DNA of 64,000 nt from Lepidodermella squamata (GCA_047495785.1 JBLDXI010000055.1:310001-374000), one strand, 5' to 3'; counted from the first letter of the stretch, positions 38,973 through 52,620 are shown. Notes: a model not told the origin generated them from the sequence alone. Translations and numbers: made by a program.

Positions 38973-39876
38973 TTAGCGGAAACACGTGGCCTGTCGACCA
39001 CCGTCTACTGGTAGATGAATTCCAGTTACGTATGACGAAGAATCTGCTGCCAAAAATGCTATGGCTTCAGCGACCTCGTCAACCTCACACGGCTTGCCAG
39101 TGGAGGCTGAAAGCGGATGAGTGGTTTTAGCGCGATCTTTCATCGCTTCGATAATCGCGGGAGATAGACCTGCTCGCTTTTGAATTTCAGTCACGACTAG
39201 TCCGGGGCTGGCAAAAAGTCACCAGCTGAAAAATGGAAAAATTCCGACTAAGTTCCTTACTTTACGCTGTTGACTCTAACCCCTTTCGGAGCTAGTTCTA
39301 GCGCTGCACAGGCTGTCATTTGATTTAGAGCAGCTTTTGATACATTGTAACCTATCATTCCAGGAAACGCCCGAGTGCCACAAACACTGGAAACAACAAC
39401 CACTGATCCTTTTGACTCGACTAGATAAGGCACGGCCAAATTCATCAAATGCAACGAAGCCCTAAATACAAAAGTTGAATCAATAGATTGAAACACTTCT
39501 CAACCAACTTGACATTAACAGTCATCATTTCATCGAATTTATCCATCAAATCGGCTGATTCGATGCTTCCCAGCGAAAGAATGCCAGCGTTGTTGACTAG
39601 TACATCAAGCTTCCCGAAATATTCTATTGTTCGCTGGATAACGCGCTCTCGGTCTTCGGCATTTGCGAGATCAGCAGTTATTAATAAAATATCACCTTCA
39701 TCGGTCGCCCCGATGTCTTTGCAAGATTGCGCAGTTTTTATGAGCGATGCTTCATTTCTCCCGGTGATCGCCAGTTTTGCGCCTAATTTTGCGAAATGAA
39801 TCGCAGTACCAGCTCCGATTCCACTCGAAGCACCGGTTATCAGGCAAACTTTGCCACGCAACGTTGAATTACTCAT
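38973..39876 (-). CDS. Short-chain dehydrogenase/reductase, array copy 5
   Basis: TGASSGIG, NNAG, YNVSK. Three exons. Confidence 0.9.
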
Positions 39877-39963
39877 TCGGAATATGATAACTTAAAAAAA
39901 GAAATCTAGAAGGCATAGAATTGCGCCTCAAGTTGTATTTCCGAATCATCGCAACCTGATTGC

Positions 39964-41440
39964 TTAGCGCAAGCATGTAGCATGCAGACTCCATCACCTG
40001 GTAAATCAATACCGGTGATGTAGCTCAAAGCATCTGAAGCTAAAAAGACAATACCATCCGCCACTTCTTCGACACTGCCCAATTTTCCAGAGAAGGCCGA
40101 TAGCGGGTGTGTTTCAAGCGAGCGTTAACGCACATTTTCAACGTCAAAACCTCCGCGCTGATGAATATCAGTTTTCACAACGCCAGGGCTGAAAATTCAA
40201 AACAACGGAATGAATATTCGTACTTGAAAGGGGTTCCAACAGCGGGTAATTGGACATTTGTTGCTTACAAATATTTTTCATGTGAAATTGAGTAAAACTC
40301 ACAGTTCGCCTGCTTGGAAAAAGCGATTTTAGTGGGTAAGTTTTAGGGGGAACCTTTCAGTGGAACCTTACAGAAAGGTCAGAAATCCAATGCGCTAGGC
40401 CCAAGTCTAAATCTGTGACTTTCTTTACAGTTTGATGAGGCCATACATTTTTGGTAAATAAAAGGAAGCTTAAGATTCAAATGTGATGATGAATCTAAAA
40501 CAAAAATAACCCCCTTTTCCCAGTAAATAGGATGAGGCCAGATCGTTTTTCCAATAAGGTGAAGTATGAACCTAACTCAGTTTCAAACGTAGAACATTTT
40601 GAGCCAAAAAATCTACAAGTATTCGCTGCTTGAGCCCCTTCCAAGTACGAATAGTCAAAAACGCGCACCCGTATTACCGCGCTCTGAGTGTCACGCCACT
40701 ACAAAGTGAAATTTTGGTTTTGACCCATTTCGAAATGCCCCGATTATAGTGGCATATAGTAATTTGCATTCAAATTTAAGGGTGACATGCCACTAAGCTC
40801 TAGTGGCATGACTCTAAAAGCGCGGTAATATGTACTTATTTAAGGGCGAATATATCTACCCTTAAACCAATTTATCGACTGCCGGTTGAAAATCGTGAGC
40901 TTACCTACTTAACGCTGTTAACGCGAAAGCCCTTGGGAACTAATTCCAGACTTGCACATTCGGTCATCTGGTCCATGGCGGATTTAGAAGCATTGTAGGA
41001 AATTAATCCTGGGAAAGCGCGTTGACCATCAACACTAGAAGCATTTATGACTGAGCCTCTTGTCGCAATTAAATAAGGTGCTGCTAGGTTCAAGAGGTGC
41101 AAGGGTGCCCTAGAAAATAAAAATAACACAATAAATTGTCTCAACTTCAGTACTAACTTGACATTTATGTCCATTATCCTGTCATACTGTTCCATGATAT
41201 CGGGCGACTTCACAGAGCCAGCCTCGACAATTCCCGCATTGTTAAATAGCTTCACTGCTGCCGATACAAGCTTTTCCCAATCACACGAAGTGGTCAAATC
41301 AGACACAACCGTTAGAATTGATTTCGATTCTTTCAAGCCGCCTTCGACTGTTTCTGCCAATCCCTTTTCATTGCGGCCGTACCAGCCCCTATTCCACTGG
41401 TTATCAGGCAAACTTTACCACTCAACGTTAATTTACTCAT
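39964..41440 (-). pseudogene. SDR pseudogene (degenerate duplicate of copy 3)
   Basis: Frameshift and deletions in the Rossmann exon (TGxxxGIG broken) and a 1-nt frameshift before the final TCLR. Confidence 0.8.
40669..40832. mobile_element. MITE (pogo/Tc1-like TIR) in SDR pseudogene intron
   Basis: Imperfect TIRs CCGTATTACCGCGCTCTGAGTGTCACGCCACT ... AGTGGCATGACTCTAAAAGCGCGGTAATATG. Confidence 0.65.
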
Positions 41441-41618
41441 TTGAAATATGGAAAATTATACAAGGGCACTAGAAACCGAAGAATGCACTTTAATTTGTAC
41501 CTTATGCTACTACAGGAACTACAATTTTCGCTATAATTTATTTGATTATAGATCAGTTCAAATTTCCACGTCCATTTGGTAGTATAAGGATATTTCCGAG
41601 TCATCGCAGCTCGCTTAC

Positions 41619-43038
41619 TCAGCGCAAGCATGTGGCATGGCGGCCTCCATCAACAAATAAGTGAATACCGGTGGTGTAACGCGAAGCATCTGAAGCTAAA
41701 AAAGCAATAGCATCTGCCACTTCTTCGACAGTGCTTAATTTTCCAGTGAACGTCGATAGCGGGTGTGTTTCAAGCGAGCGTTGACGCACAGCTTCCACGT
41801 CGAAACCTCCACGCTGATGAATTTCAGTTTTCACAACGCCAGGGCTGGAATTTTGAATCAACGGATTATTATTCGTACTTGAAGGGGGTTCGAGCAGTGG
41901 ATAAATGATCATTTTCCCTCGCATCTTACCTACGAGTGAAACTGAGTAAAAAAAAGTTGGTAAAGTCTTTCAGTGGAATCTTTCAGAAAGGTCAGGAAGC
42001 TTATGGTTCAAATGAGTTTTTCACATGAGTTCAGAGATAGAATCTGATCTCTATGTATGAACCTTATTTCTTAGTTTCAAACGTAGAATATTTTTAGCTA
42101 AAACTTCAATTATTTGCTGCTGGAACGAATAGTCAAAAACGCGTATTACCCGTATTACCGCGCTTCGAGCGTCACGCCACTTTAAAATGAAACGTGGGTT
42201 TTGACCCATTTCGAAATTCCTCGATTATTAAGTCATTATCATTCAAGTTTAAGGGTGGCCACTATAAACGGGGCATAGTGACATGCCAACAAAAAAACAG
42301 GATGTAGCGGCATGAAGCGCGGTAATATGGTACGGTATTATATATTTATTAAATGACGAATATAACGACCTCTAAATCAATTTATCGGCTACAGGTTTTA
42401 AAAATGTGATCTTACTTTACGCTGTTAACGCGAACGCCCTTAGGAGCCAATTCCAGACTTGCACATTGGGTCATTTGGTCCATGGCGGCTTTAGATGCAT
42501 TGTAAGCAATTAAACCTGGAAATGCGCGTTGACCATTAATGCTTGAGACATTTACGATTGACCCTCGTGATGCAATTAAATGAGGTGTTGCTAGATTTAA
42601 GAGGTGCAGGGGTGCCCTAGAAAACAAAATAAAATAAAAAATTGTCCAAGCTAGTGCTTCGTACTAAAACTTGATATTGATGTCCATTGTCCTGTCATAC
42701 TGATCCATAACATCGGGCGACTCCACACTGCCAGGTTCGCCGATTCCCGCGTTGTTAACTAAAACATCGATCCTACCAAAATGCGCCAACATCACCGAGA
42801 TGAGCTTTTCCCGATCGCACGGAATAGTCAATTCGGATACAACTGTTAGAATTGAACTTCGATCAATGTCCGATTCTTTCAAGCAGCCTTCGACTGTTTC
42901 TGCTAATCCCTTTTCATTGCGGCCGGCCAGGCAGAGCTTGGCTCCGAGCTTTGCAAAGGTAATAGCTGTACCAGCGCCAATTCCACTCGAAGCACCGGTT
43001 ATCAGGCAAACTTTACCACTCAACGTTAAATTACTCAT
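41619..43038 (-). CDS. Short-chain dehydrogenase/reductase, array copy 3
   Basis: Intact motifs (YNASK). Second intron enlarged to ~570 nt. Confidence 0.88.
42150..42330. mobile_element. MITE, paralog of 40669-40832
   Basis: CCGTATTACCGCGCTTC ... GAAGCGCGGTAATATGG. Confidence 0.65.
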
Positions 43039-43227
43039 TTGAAATATGAAAATTAAACAAGGTCACTAGACTCCAACGAATGCGCTTTAAATCGTACCTT
43101 ATGCTACTATAAGGAACTACAACGCTTTAATTTATTTGATTTTTTGCATGCAAAAAATAGATCAGTTCAAATTTCCACGTCCATTTGGTAGCATAAGGAT
43201 ATTTCCGAGTCGTCGCAGCTCGCTTAC

Positions 43228-44297
43228 TCAACGCAAGCAAGTGGCCTGGCGGCCTCCGTCAACTGGTAAATGCATACCAGTGATGTAGCGTGAAGCATCT
43301 GAAGCTAAAAAGGCAATAGCATCCGCCACCTCATCGACATTGCACAATTTTCCAGTGAACGCCGAGAGCGGGTGCGTTTCAAGCGAGCGTTGACGAAACG
43401 CTTCCACGTCAAAGCCTCCGCGTTGATGAATATCAGTTATCACAACGCCAGGGCTGAAATTTCAAGTAAATTCATTGACTGCATGTTTTAATAATGCGGG
43501 CTTACTTAACGCTGTTAACGCGAACGCCCTTTGGAGCGAATTCCAGACTTGCACATTCGGTCATTTGATCCATGGCGGCTTTAGATGCATTGTATGCAAT
43601 TGATCCTGGGAAAGCTCGTTGGCCATTTAAGCTAGAGACATTTACGACTGCGCCTTTTGCTGCAATCAAATGAGGAGCTGCGAGGTTCAAGAGGTGTAAC
43701 GGTGCCCTAGATATTAAAAGATTAATAGTCAAAACTAGCCAGGCTTTCATTTTTTTTCGAAAAATATTTGAAAAAAATCGGGTTATTAATTATTTTATTC
43801 AAGGCAGGCCATTATTAACTTCTGGACTCGGTATTAATGTGAAATTTTAGGGCTATTATTCGAAGAGATTAATTGAGGTAGAATTTGATCAAGTACGATA
43901 AATCATTTATTAAACTGGAGCTTGGTACTCACTTGATGTTGATGTCCATTATCCTATCATACTGTTCCATGAGATTGGGCGTCCTCACAGTGCCAAGCTC
44001 GACAATTCCCGCATTGTTAATCAAAACATCGATCCTACCAAATTGCTTCACTGCTGCCGTGATAACTTTTTCGCGATCACTCGACGAAGTCAAATCGGAC
44101 GCAACTGTCAGAATTGAACTTCGATCAATGCTCGATTCTTTCAAGCAGCCTTCCACTGTTTCTGCCAATGCCTTTTCATTACGGCCGGTTAAGCATAACT
44201 TGGCTCCGAGCTTTGCAAAGGTAATAGCTGTACCCGCGCCGATTCCAGCCGATGCACCGGTTATCACGCAAACTTTCCCAGCTAACGATAGCGACAT
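43228..44297 (-). CDS. Short-chain dehydrogenase/reductase, array copy 2
   Basis: TGASAGIG, NNAG, YNASK. Confidence 0.9.
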
Positions 44298-44429
44298 AAC
44301 AAAGTCTATGAGTAATTTTTGAAAATAATTTAATTTAATCTGATGAAATCTCTGATTGAAAAAATCTCAAATAATTACGAAAATTGGTGAATCAGTTGGA
44401 ATTATTTTTTAGTTTGTGGAAATGTTCAT

Positions 44430-45329
44430 TCAACGCAAACAAGTAACGGAGCGGCCTCCGTCGACAGGCAAGATAACACCTGTTGAATAACGGGAGGCGT
44501 CCGATGCTATGAAAGCAACAACTTCAGCCACTTCCTCAGGTTCGCAAACTTTTCTCGTGTAGGCTGACAGCGGGTGGGTTTCCTTTGTCCGCTCGCGATT
44601 CCTTTTAATAGTTTCCTCGTCATACCCGGCGCGCCGTTGAATATCGGTAATTACCATGCCAGGGCTAAAATTCGAATGTCAAATTAGCAAATTTATAGGT
44701 ACCTATCCTGAGAAATACAAACTTGACGCTGTTAACGCGAACGCCTTTCGGGGCCAACTCCAAAGCTGCACATACTGACATGTGGTTGACAGCAGCCTTC
44801 GACGCGCTGTAGGCCAGCATATTCGGGAAAGCCCTAGTACCGCATACGCTCGATATATTAACAATGCAACCGTGTGTGGCAATTAGATGCGGGGCAGCAA
44901 GGTTCATGAGGTGAAGAGGTGCCCTAATAGACACGGTAGAATTTTATGATAAATTTCGTAAGAATTAGCTACAAACTTCACATTCACGTCCATCATGGAG
45001 TCATACTGCTCCATTATAGCAGGGGACTCAACACTTCCCAGTATAGCGATGCCAGCGTTGTTTATCAAAACATCCAACTTCGAAAATCGTTGAATTGTTT
45101 CAGCTATTATTCGCTCACGATCTTCTGCCTTTGACAAATCGGCGACTATGGTGAATACGTCTTCGGCATTCGCGTTGCATCTTTTGACGGTGTCCGCCAA
45201 ACCTTCGGCACTTCGCCCAGTTAATGACAACTTGGCGCCCAATTTCGCAAAGCAGACGGCTATAGCAGCGCCAATGCCAGCCGATGCTCCGGTTATCACG
45301 CAAACCTTCCCAGACAGTGATAGAGACAT
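44430..45329 (-). CDS. Short-chain dehydrogenase/reductase, array copy 1
   Basis: TGASAGIG, NNAG, YSASK. Confidence 0.9.
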
Positions 45330-45923
45330 TATTATAAGCTCTATAAGCGTGCAAAATTCTCAAATCTCAAATTTCCCTGGATGTGGATTGTTGTGGAATA
45401 ATTCCATAATTACATGATTCCCATAATAATATTTTCAATTATTACAAAAGCGCAAAATCATCTTACTTGGCTTTTCAGGATGATTCTAAAAAATTGAGGT
45501 TACCACATGCAAGCTGATGATTTTTGGGGGAAATGTGTAATGTCTTCTGTCTTCCTAATTTCTGTTCAATAAGCTTCCACTTACGATGCATTTATATGTA
45601 GCTAAGCTGGTAGCGCAAGCTTGAAATGTCACAAACCGCTCTCCTCCATTGGCCAAACCCTAGCCCAAACTCCGTTAGCCATGTCAAAACTTGTTTTATA
45701 AAACTGAAATTCAAAACAAAAAGTCATCAACATTTACCTCGTCAGCAATTTTACTATCAATTTTCAATTTTAGCAATGATCGGCGAATTAAAATAGACGA
45801 AACACAATTATCATCGATTAAATCACAATTAATATACCATTTGTACAATCATTCACCAGTCATCTGATTTTCAAGTCTCATATACAAGTGGTGGGAGGAA
45901 GAAACTATGGCGAAGTCAAAACA

Positions 45924-48432
45924 CTAACAACTACAATTGTCACATCCGTTCTTGGTCTTGTTTATTTGGCTGAGAAGAGCCGACAGCTTGTCCTGCTGCT
46001 CAGATGTCACTTCATCGAGGTTTTTCTTCGATTTATCAGCATCATCGTCGTCGCAATGCTCGCCGTTTTTGCGTTTTAACGCAGCTTCGTGTTGTTTCAA
46101 CCACATAGCCCGGTAAATACCAGCCGGTGAAACCATCAATTCGTTGTGGCTACCCCGTTCAACAACGGTGCCTTTATCGCCTAGAACAATAATTTCGTCA
46201 GCATCAGCCACTGTCGACAGACGATGGGCAATAACTAAAGCAGTGCGGCCACTCGACGCCCGTTTCATCGAATCCAAGATATGTTGTTCGGTAATCGAGT
46301 CGAGCGAAGAAGTCGCCTCGTCGTACACGAAAATCGGCGACTTTTTCAACAGAGCTCGAGCAATGGCGACACGTTGCTTCTCACCACCCGATAGCATCAA
46401 GCCCCGTTCGCCAACAATTGTCCGATAGGTATTAGGCATTTTCAGCACCGCATCATGAACATCAGCCATTCTAGCAGCTTCGTAAACCTGCTCCGGAGTA
46501 GCTTTAACATCACCATATTGGATGTTGTAATAAATCGATTCGTGGAATAAAATGCAGTCCTGTGGCACGACTGCGATAGCTTTCCTCAGGCTACTTAAAG
46601 TAACCTTGTTTATCGGCTGGCCATTGATCAAAATTTCACCGGATTGCGGCTCGTAGAATCGATATAATAATCGAACAATCGTCGACTTCCCGCTACCGGA
46701 GCCGCCAACAATTGCGACCTTATGACCAGCTGGTACGGTGAAACTAAGGCCGTCGAAGATTTTCTTCGCCGAGGAGTAACCAAAGATAACGTCCTTAAAT
46801 TCGATGGTGGCGTCTTGAGGTCCGGTCAACATGAGATTGGGTGTCCCCACCGGATCTCTGATCGCAGGCGGTTGCTCCATGATTGAAAACATCGTGCCCA
46901 TATCGATCATAGCCTGTCTCGTTTCTCGGTATACTGAACCCAGAAACCCGAGTGGGATCGAAAGTTGAAAAACTAGACCGTTGATCAGCACCATGTCGCC
47001 AATAGAAAGTTGTCCTGAAAAATTCAAAATAATTATAATCAAAATTAGATAAAAAATGGAAGCTACCTTTCATGACTCCATAGCCAATCATTCCCATAGT
47101 CGTGGCCATTGCAGCGGAGAAGATCGCATTTTGGCCCCAATTGAGGAAAGCCAAGCTGGTCGTTGTTTTCAGCGATGCTCCTTCGTACTTGGCCAAGTGC
47201 TTTTCGTAACGATCCGCTTCTAGCTGCTCGTTATTGAAATATTTGACCGTTTCATAGTTAAGCAAGCTATCTACGGCTACATTTCCGGCCTCTTGATCGG
47301 CTCGGTTCATGTCAATCCGAAACTGGGTTCTGAAATCATAAAATAACTGAGAATTTAGAGGAGTGTTAAAAGGCTCAAAATAATTGATATTGACATTGAA
47401 TTTCTCAGTAATTTAGATCTATCTTCATTTACATACGACGGCACTTCACTCATCACAAGAAAATTAAGGTGGTCGAATTTGGAAATTATGAAATTACCTC
47501 CACTGTGTTGTCGCAAAGGTGAAAGCTGCATATAACCCGGTAAAACCAAGCGTTACCAGGGCGTACTCGGGTCCGAACCGGTACCACATTATGCTGGAAA
47601 CAATGCCCAACTCCAGAGCAGTTGGGAAAATATTGAAGATTATAGCTGAAAGGAGAAAGTTGATGCCACGAGTGCCTCGGTCCACGGCCTTCGCAAGACC
47701 ACCGGTTCTGCGGGTCAGATGGAAACGGAGGTCCAGTTCGTGGAGGTGCAGGAACACGTTTCGAGCGACTCGCCGCGTAGAATCGTGAGCCGCACGGGCA
47801 AATACGGCGTTTCGCAACTCGTTAAAGGCTGACGCACCGGTCCTCGCAAGGCCATCTGAAATTTCAAGCGTAAAAACTCACGATTTCAATCGCTTCAACT
47901 CACAGCCAGCAATCATTGCAAAACCCGTGACCATAATTGCAGATCCGGGGTCTTGAAGCAGTACCCCAGCATTCGGGCCGAAATAGTCGATAACTTTGCC
48001 GAAAATGGTTGGTACCACCACATTCAACCCCTTTGCTGCAACAAGCAGACCCATAGCCGCCACAACTCGGTAGCGAATGTGCGGCTTGTCTTTAGGCCAA
48101 ACGTAACTCAGCAGCGCTTTCATGATGTAACTAGCTGTGACTGGCGTTTCTTTTCCGGCTAAGCCCAGCTCCTCTCTCGTCAAATTCGTCGCGCCAGGGT
48201 GGAAGCAACCCCGCAGTGGAATCAAATTGGTTCCAATTGGAGGCCTCAAAAACGCATTATTTTTTATTGCAGCTGCATTCCTTTTGTTTTGGTTGTCATC
48301 TGATACGGACACTGATAGGCACGTCACCAGTGGCCGCTTAGATCCAACAAAATCACGATAACGGCAACGACGCAAGAAGTGATACCGGCTGAGAAACTGA
48401 ATATAAGGGGTCGAATAGGTGGAGAAGACCAT
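45924..48432 (-). CDS. ABCB7: Mitochondrial Fe-S ABC half-transporter (Atm1/ABCB7)
   Basis: CFHPG, YVWPKD, DRGTRGINF, DSLLNYETVKYFNNE, GGSGSGKS, LSGGEKQR, and a CDNCSC tail. Confidence 0.95.
47401..47462 (-). ncRNA. Intronic box C/D snoRNA (family copy 1, in an ABCB7 intron)
   Basis: Minus strand TTCTT-GTGATGA-GTGAAGTGCCGTCGTA...ATGAAGA...CTGA-GAA. D box is 75 nt from the 3' splice site. Confidence 0.8.
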
Positions 48433-48561
48433 CTTTATATATTTATAAGTTATGCGAACTATAAAAATTAGACAACTTCATGAAACAACAAGTCTTCTTA
48501 GAACGATTTAATAGTAAAAAATTGCGGCTTGCTAGAAAATTCAATCGTCAGTTTATCACAT

Positions 48562-51275
48562 TTAGAGCTGAATATTCAGCTCGCTAACGATACGACTCGC
48601 GAAATCGTTCGCGTGGACGGCAATAAAGAAATCAGAAACAGCAGATGCGAACATTTTTACAGCACCGCGTGATTGAGCGTCCGTGCTGCTTTTCGCAAAT
48701 CGACCGACCAGCTGGAACAGCAGTGTTACGAACGGCTTCAGCTTGTCCAAAGTTGTCAACTGACTTGCCGGCATCGAGGCGAACCAAACAGCCGGAATCG
48801 CTGACATGAGCATTGTGTAAATCTCGATAACATCTTGTGTCACGTTTTCGATTTGAGTCAGGCCGAGAGCGATGTATCGGTTCAGAAGCCCAGTTAGCAT
48901 CAAATCTTGAAGGGCCGCAGGAGCAATTATCGTCGAGAAGCGAGACATTGACACGAAAAGCTAAATTAAAATATATCGGTAAGAAAGTTTTTCGGAAATT
49001 AGCTCGGATTATTACCTTGATGCAATTCCAAAGCTGTCGGTAAAAATATTGACTAAGCAGTGAGTTTTTATCAGCCAAAGCTGTCTTATTGCACATTGGC
49101 ATGAAAACATCGTGTTCCAGCATTTCATTGTATCGTTTTCTGATACCAGTAATTAGATCGCGAACCTGCTTTGAATTCGAATTCAGCGTCGGAAAAATTG
49201 TGGCCAGAGATTCAATCAAGTCAGCTAGCCGTTTTGTTTGGCTAAGCGAGAGAGGATCCCAGACTTTGGTGACGAGCTCGGTCAACTTTGGCACCACTAC
49301 TTTGTCGACCAAAGAAGGTAAAATTGACAATTCATCCTCGGGGACTTGTTCATTTTGCGAGGTAACGGGAGAAACCCGGCAAAAACTGGCTAGAGTTTTA
49401 AACCACATGTGGTCTTGAATTGAAGTTGCATTTTCCTACGAATAAAAGGTTCTATATGGTGAGAAAACGTGAGAACAGAACAATTTACCTCGAGCGGATT
49501 CCAGTCCAAAATATGAAGACGGACTAAAGGAGCGACTAATTTTGCCAAGCAAAGACCGCCGAATGCTTGCCGGTACGAGTCTGAAGCCTCTGATCGCCAA
49601 TCATCGAATCTTGAAATGATCGAGTCCAGCTGAACGAAATCTTCGCAAATTTCAGCCAGCGTCTCGGCCACTTGCTTTCGAACAGCGTCTTGAAGAGAAT
49701 AATTTATCAGTTCCGAATCGTATAATTTATCGATAAGAAAATACCTCTTTCTGAGCCCAATTTAATGTTATCTGATGTGGTTTCTTCGTCGTCTGTTGAC
49801 CAGCCATCGTAGTGATTCTGAATGCCTTGGGTCTGCCTCTTCCATCGTCGCCTTGATCTCCTGCCATTTCGGTCTGTTATACGCGCTTGCGTCTCTTCAT
49901 CGGGCTGATAAGGCGCTTGACCCGGTTTAGTCACTGCACTCTCCAAACTTTGATCGGCAACATCTTGCCTTCGCCGCTTCATTAGCCGATCCGCCCGTTG
50001 CCGGTAAACAGTCAGAAGTCGCTCTTCGAGACTGATGATTGATGGCATTTTCGTATTGTAGCAGTCAATAAAATCCGAAATGTAAGCGGATAATTGTTGA
50101 TAAAAGCAGTATTGATGATCGAGTATTGCGGTTTTTTCTTCGGAAGACTTGATCTCTTGTTGACTATATTCGTAACTATCCAACCTGGCTTGGCGTTCGA
50201 ATTTGTGACGACGATGAGATTCGATGAGATCAGATAAACTTTGCGCGAGTTCCTGCTTCACCTGTCCAACTGATACTTTCTGAGTCTGAGCCGCTTTACG
50301 AGCTGCGTTAAAGACGCTTCGGCTCGAAACTGAAGACACTGATTCCGAGACTACAGAAATCGCTTGGTTTTTATCCATGACGTTCATCGTACTGACTCCT
50401 TTCGATATTTGCTGCTGTTCCCATTCTCTTTCGTGATCTGACTCAGCGTCACTGCCTTGTTCAGCTGTCAAGAATTCGTTGCGCAATGCTCGACGCTGGT
50501 CTTCCTGGCGTTGTCTGACTGACATCTTCAGCCTTCCGTCATCCTCGCCACCGGCTTCCTGATCACTAACATCAGATCGATCCGCATCGTCATCCTCTCG
50601 AACTAATGCTGACTTCTCTTCCCGCTTCGGCTCGATTTTTAATGGAGCGCCGACATTGCCAATAGTGGGTTGACCGGTAGCAACTCCTGTGTCCCTCAAT
50701 AACTGACGCTTCTTTTTCATCAAATGTATCATTTTTGCGTCTGGTATTACACCACTTTTAAGCATATCAGACAGTGATGATGAAAATGATGCAGGCGCCT
50801 CGGAAGCTGGATTGCTGCCTTCTTCGAGATCAATAGCTTCTTCTCCAATGAGAATAACGTCTTCGTTATTTTCACCTTTAGGCTGGGATTTATCAGACGA
50901 TCCACTGCGAGAAGATTTCGACTTTTGACTCCCTTTATCCCTCTGTGATTTAACATAATCCTGTTTTAGTTGTTGCGCAACACGAATACTCCGGTCAGGC
51001 TTTTTCACTTGAAAATCGGTCAGGTCACCTACGAATAATAACAGTAAAATATATACGCCAAAACACTTTTGATCATTCATACTTTCTTCCTCAAATGACA
51101 CAGCAGTTATTTTCATCGTTGAAGTTACTTTTTCGGCAACATCTGATACATTGGAAGAAGGTTTGGGAACGGGTGCCATAGGCTCCACTACTGCTGATTC
51201 CGCTTCACCTTCCTCATCTGCGGCACGGGCTGACTTGAGGCTGAGGTTCTTTTTCGGTTTTTTAAATAATGACAT
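48562..51275 (-). CDS. PAXBP1: PAXBP1/GCFC2 (Ntr2-like GC-rich sequence factor)
   Basis: MSLFKKPKKN, GVIPDAKMIH, WEQQQISKG, RRRQDVADQ, SYRQAF, WNPLE, WDPLS. Could equally be called GCFC2. Confidence 0.8.
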
Positions 51276-51490
51276 TTAAAATTCTATGAAAGAAACTCAA
51301 TATGTTGAGTTCAGAAGGTATATATCAAGCATCGAAGGTAACAGAACCAGCGGCTTCTCCGTCTTGATCGCTGGTCTTCTAGCTAACTGTATTACTGTTA
51401 AGCCGAGCGACGAGTGAGACAATCTGAAAATGATAAACAATACCTAATTAAATTAATGCTTTAAATGTTCTACTAGAGTTGTCATAGTTT

Positions 51491-51556
51491 TTCTCAGAAA
51501 TATGAAATATTGTCTTCATTCTTCAAAATACGACGGCACTTCGATCATCATGAGAA
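51491..51556 (-). ncRNA. Box C/D snoRNA (family copy 2)
   Basis: TTCTC-ATGATGA-TCGAAGTGCCGTCGTA-TTTTGA...ATGAAGA...CTGA-GAA. Confidence 0.8.
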
Positions 51557-51703
51557 TTCAATGCTCACTAAATGCTAGATTTATACTCACATTTTGATGT
51601 TGCGCTTGGCCAGGCTGGGATCGGCAAGAATCATGGCATCTGTAAGTACAAAAAATATTACTACTTTGCGATAAAAACCGATAATAATTTTATCCCAAAC
51701 AGG

Positions 51704-51764
51704 GTCTCAGTTATAGAAAAATTCGTCTTCATAGACATACGACGGCACTTCAATCATCATGAGA
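51704..51764 (-). ncRNA. Box C/D snoRNA (family copy 3)
   Basis: TCTC-ATGATGA-TTGAAGTGCCGTCGTA...ATGAAGA...CTGA-GA. Confidence 0.8.
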
Positions 51765-51947
51765 ATTTTTTTAAATTCACCACGTGAATTAAACTAAGTA
51801 GCATCTTGAAATTAAACGTACCAAAAAGTCAACTGTTAATTGCGATTGAATGGGCGGCCAGATGTCATCGAGGCAGCATCTTGATAAAAATAAACGGAGT
51901 TAGCGTAAAATAACCAATCAAGTTACAAAACGAGCTTCTAGCAATGA

Positions 51948-52007
51948 CTGTCAGAAATGATGAATTGTCTTCATGAGATGTACGACGGCACTTCACTCAT
52001 CATAAGA
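51948..52007 (-). ncRNA. Box C/D snoRNA (family copy 4)
   Basis: ATGATGA-GTGAAGTGCCGTCGTA...ATGAAGA...CTGA. Confidence 0.75.
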
Positions 52008-52620
52008 TATAAAAACGAGAAGGCCGAGCGGATGGTTCCTGGCCTTTTCGTGTCACTAGGCAATGCGGCAACGTCAAGGACAGATGGTTTTTCACTAGTA
52101 CACCAGTGAAAAACGATTTTCTGTAATGTCCATGAGATGCCGAGCTTCACATTGCATACACGACTTCAAGAACTACTTTAACATACCATTGAGTTTAGCA
52201 ATTTGCGATTGGTGGTCACGAGCAGAAAGCGGCTGGTCGAGTTAATTTCATGGGATGAAATAGGAGATATATCATAAAACGAAATATCAAGTAAATACAA
52301 AGATAGCAAGACCCGCATAGATAACGAATGATGAGTGCGTGGAAGTAGCGCAAGCGGATTGTTGCCGAAGAAAAAAAAATAAAATAACGTGGACTTCATT
52401 AAATACTCACACTGATAATTTCCAAAAAATGATCAAATACAATTGGAATTTTATTTCGAGCGTTGCTGAATTATTATTTTTAGATTATCTCATTAAATGG
52501 TTTTTTTCGAACTTATGCGCGCCAGCTTGTCTCAGGTGCCTCAGGTGAGAGAGGGCGAAAAAACCGAAAACTGACGAATATATCTGGGACCCGTTGATTA
52601 CCTGCGAATTACCAAGACCC

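Noticed and set aside
47433-51996. TACGACGGCACTTC repeats as a CRISPR array
   Set aside because: Eukaryotic context, irregular spacing and no cas genes. Explained by C/D snoRNA copies.
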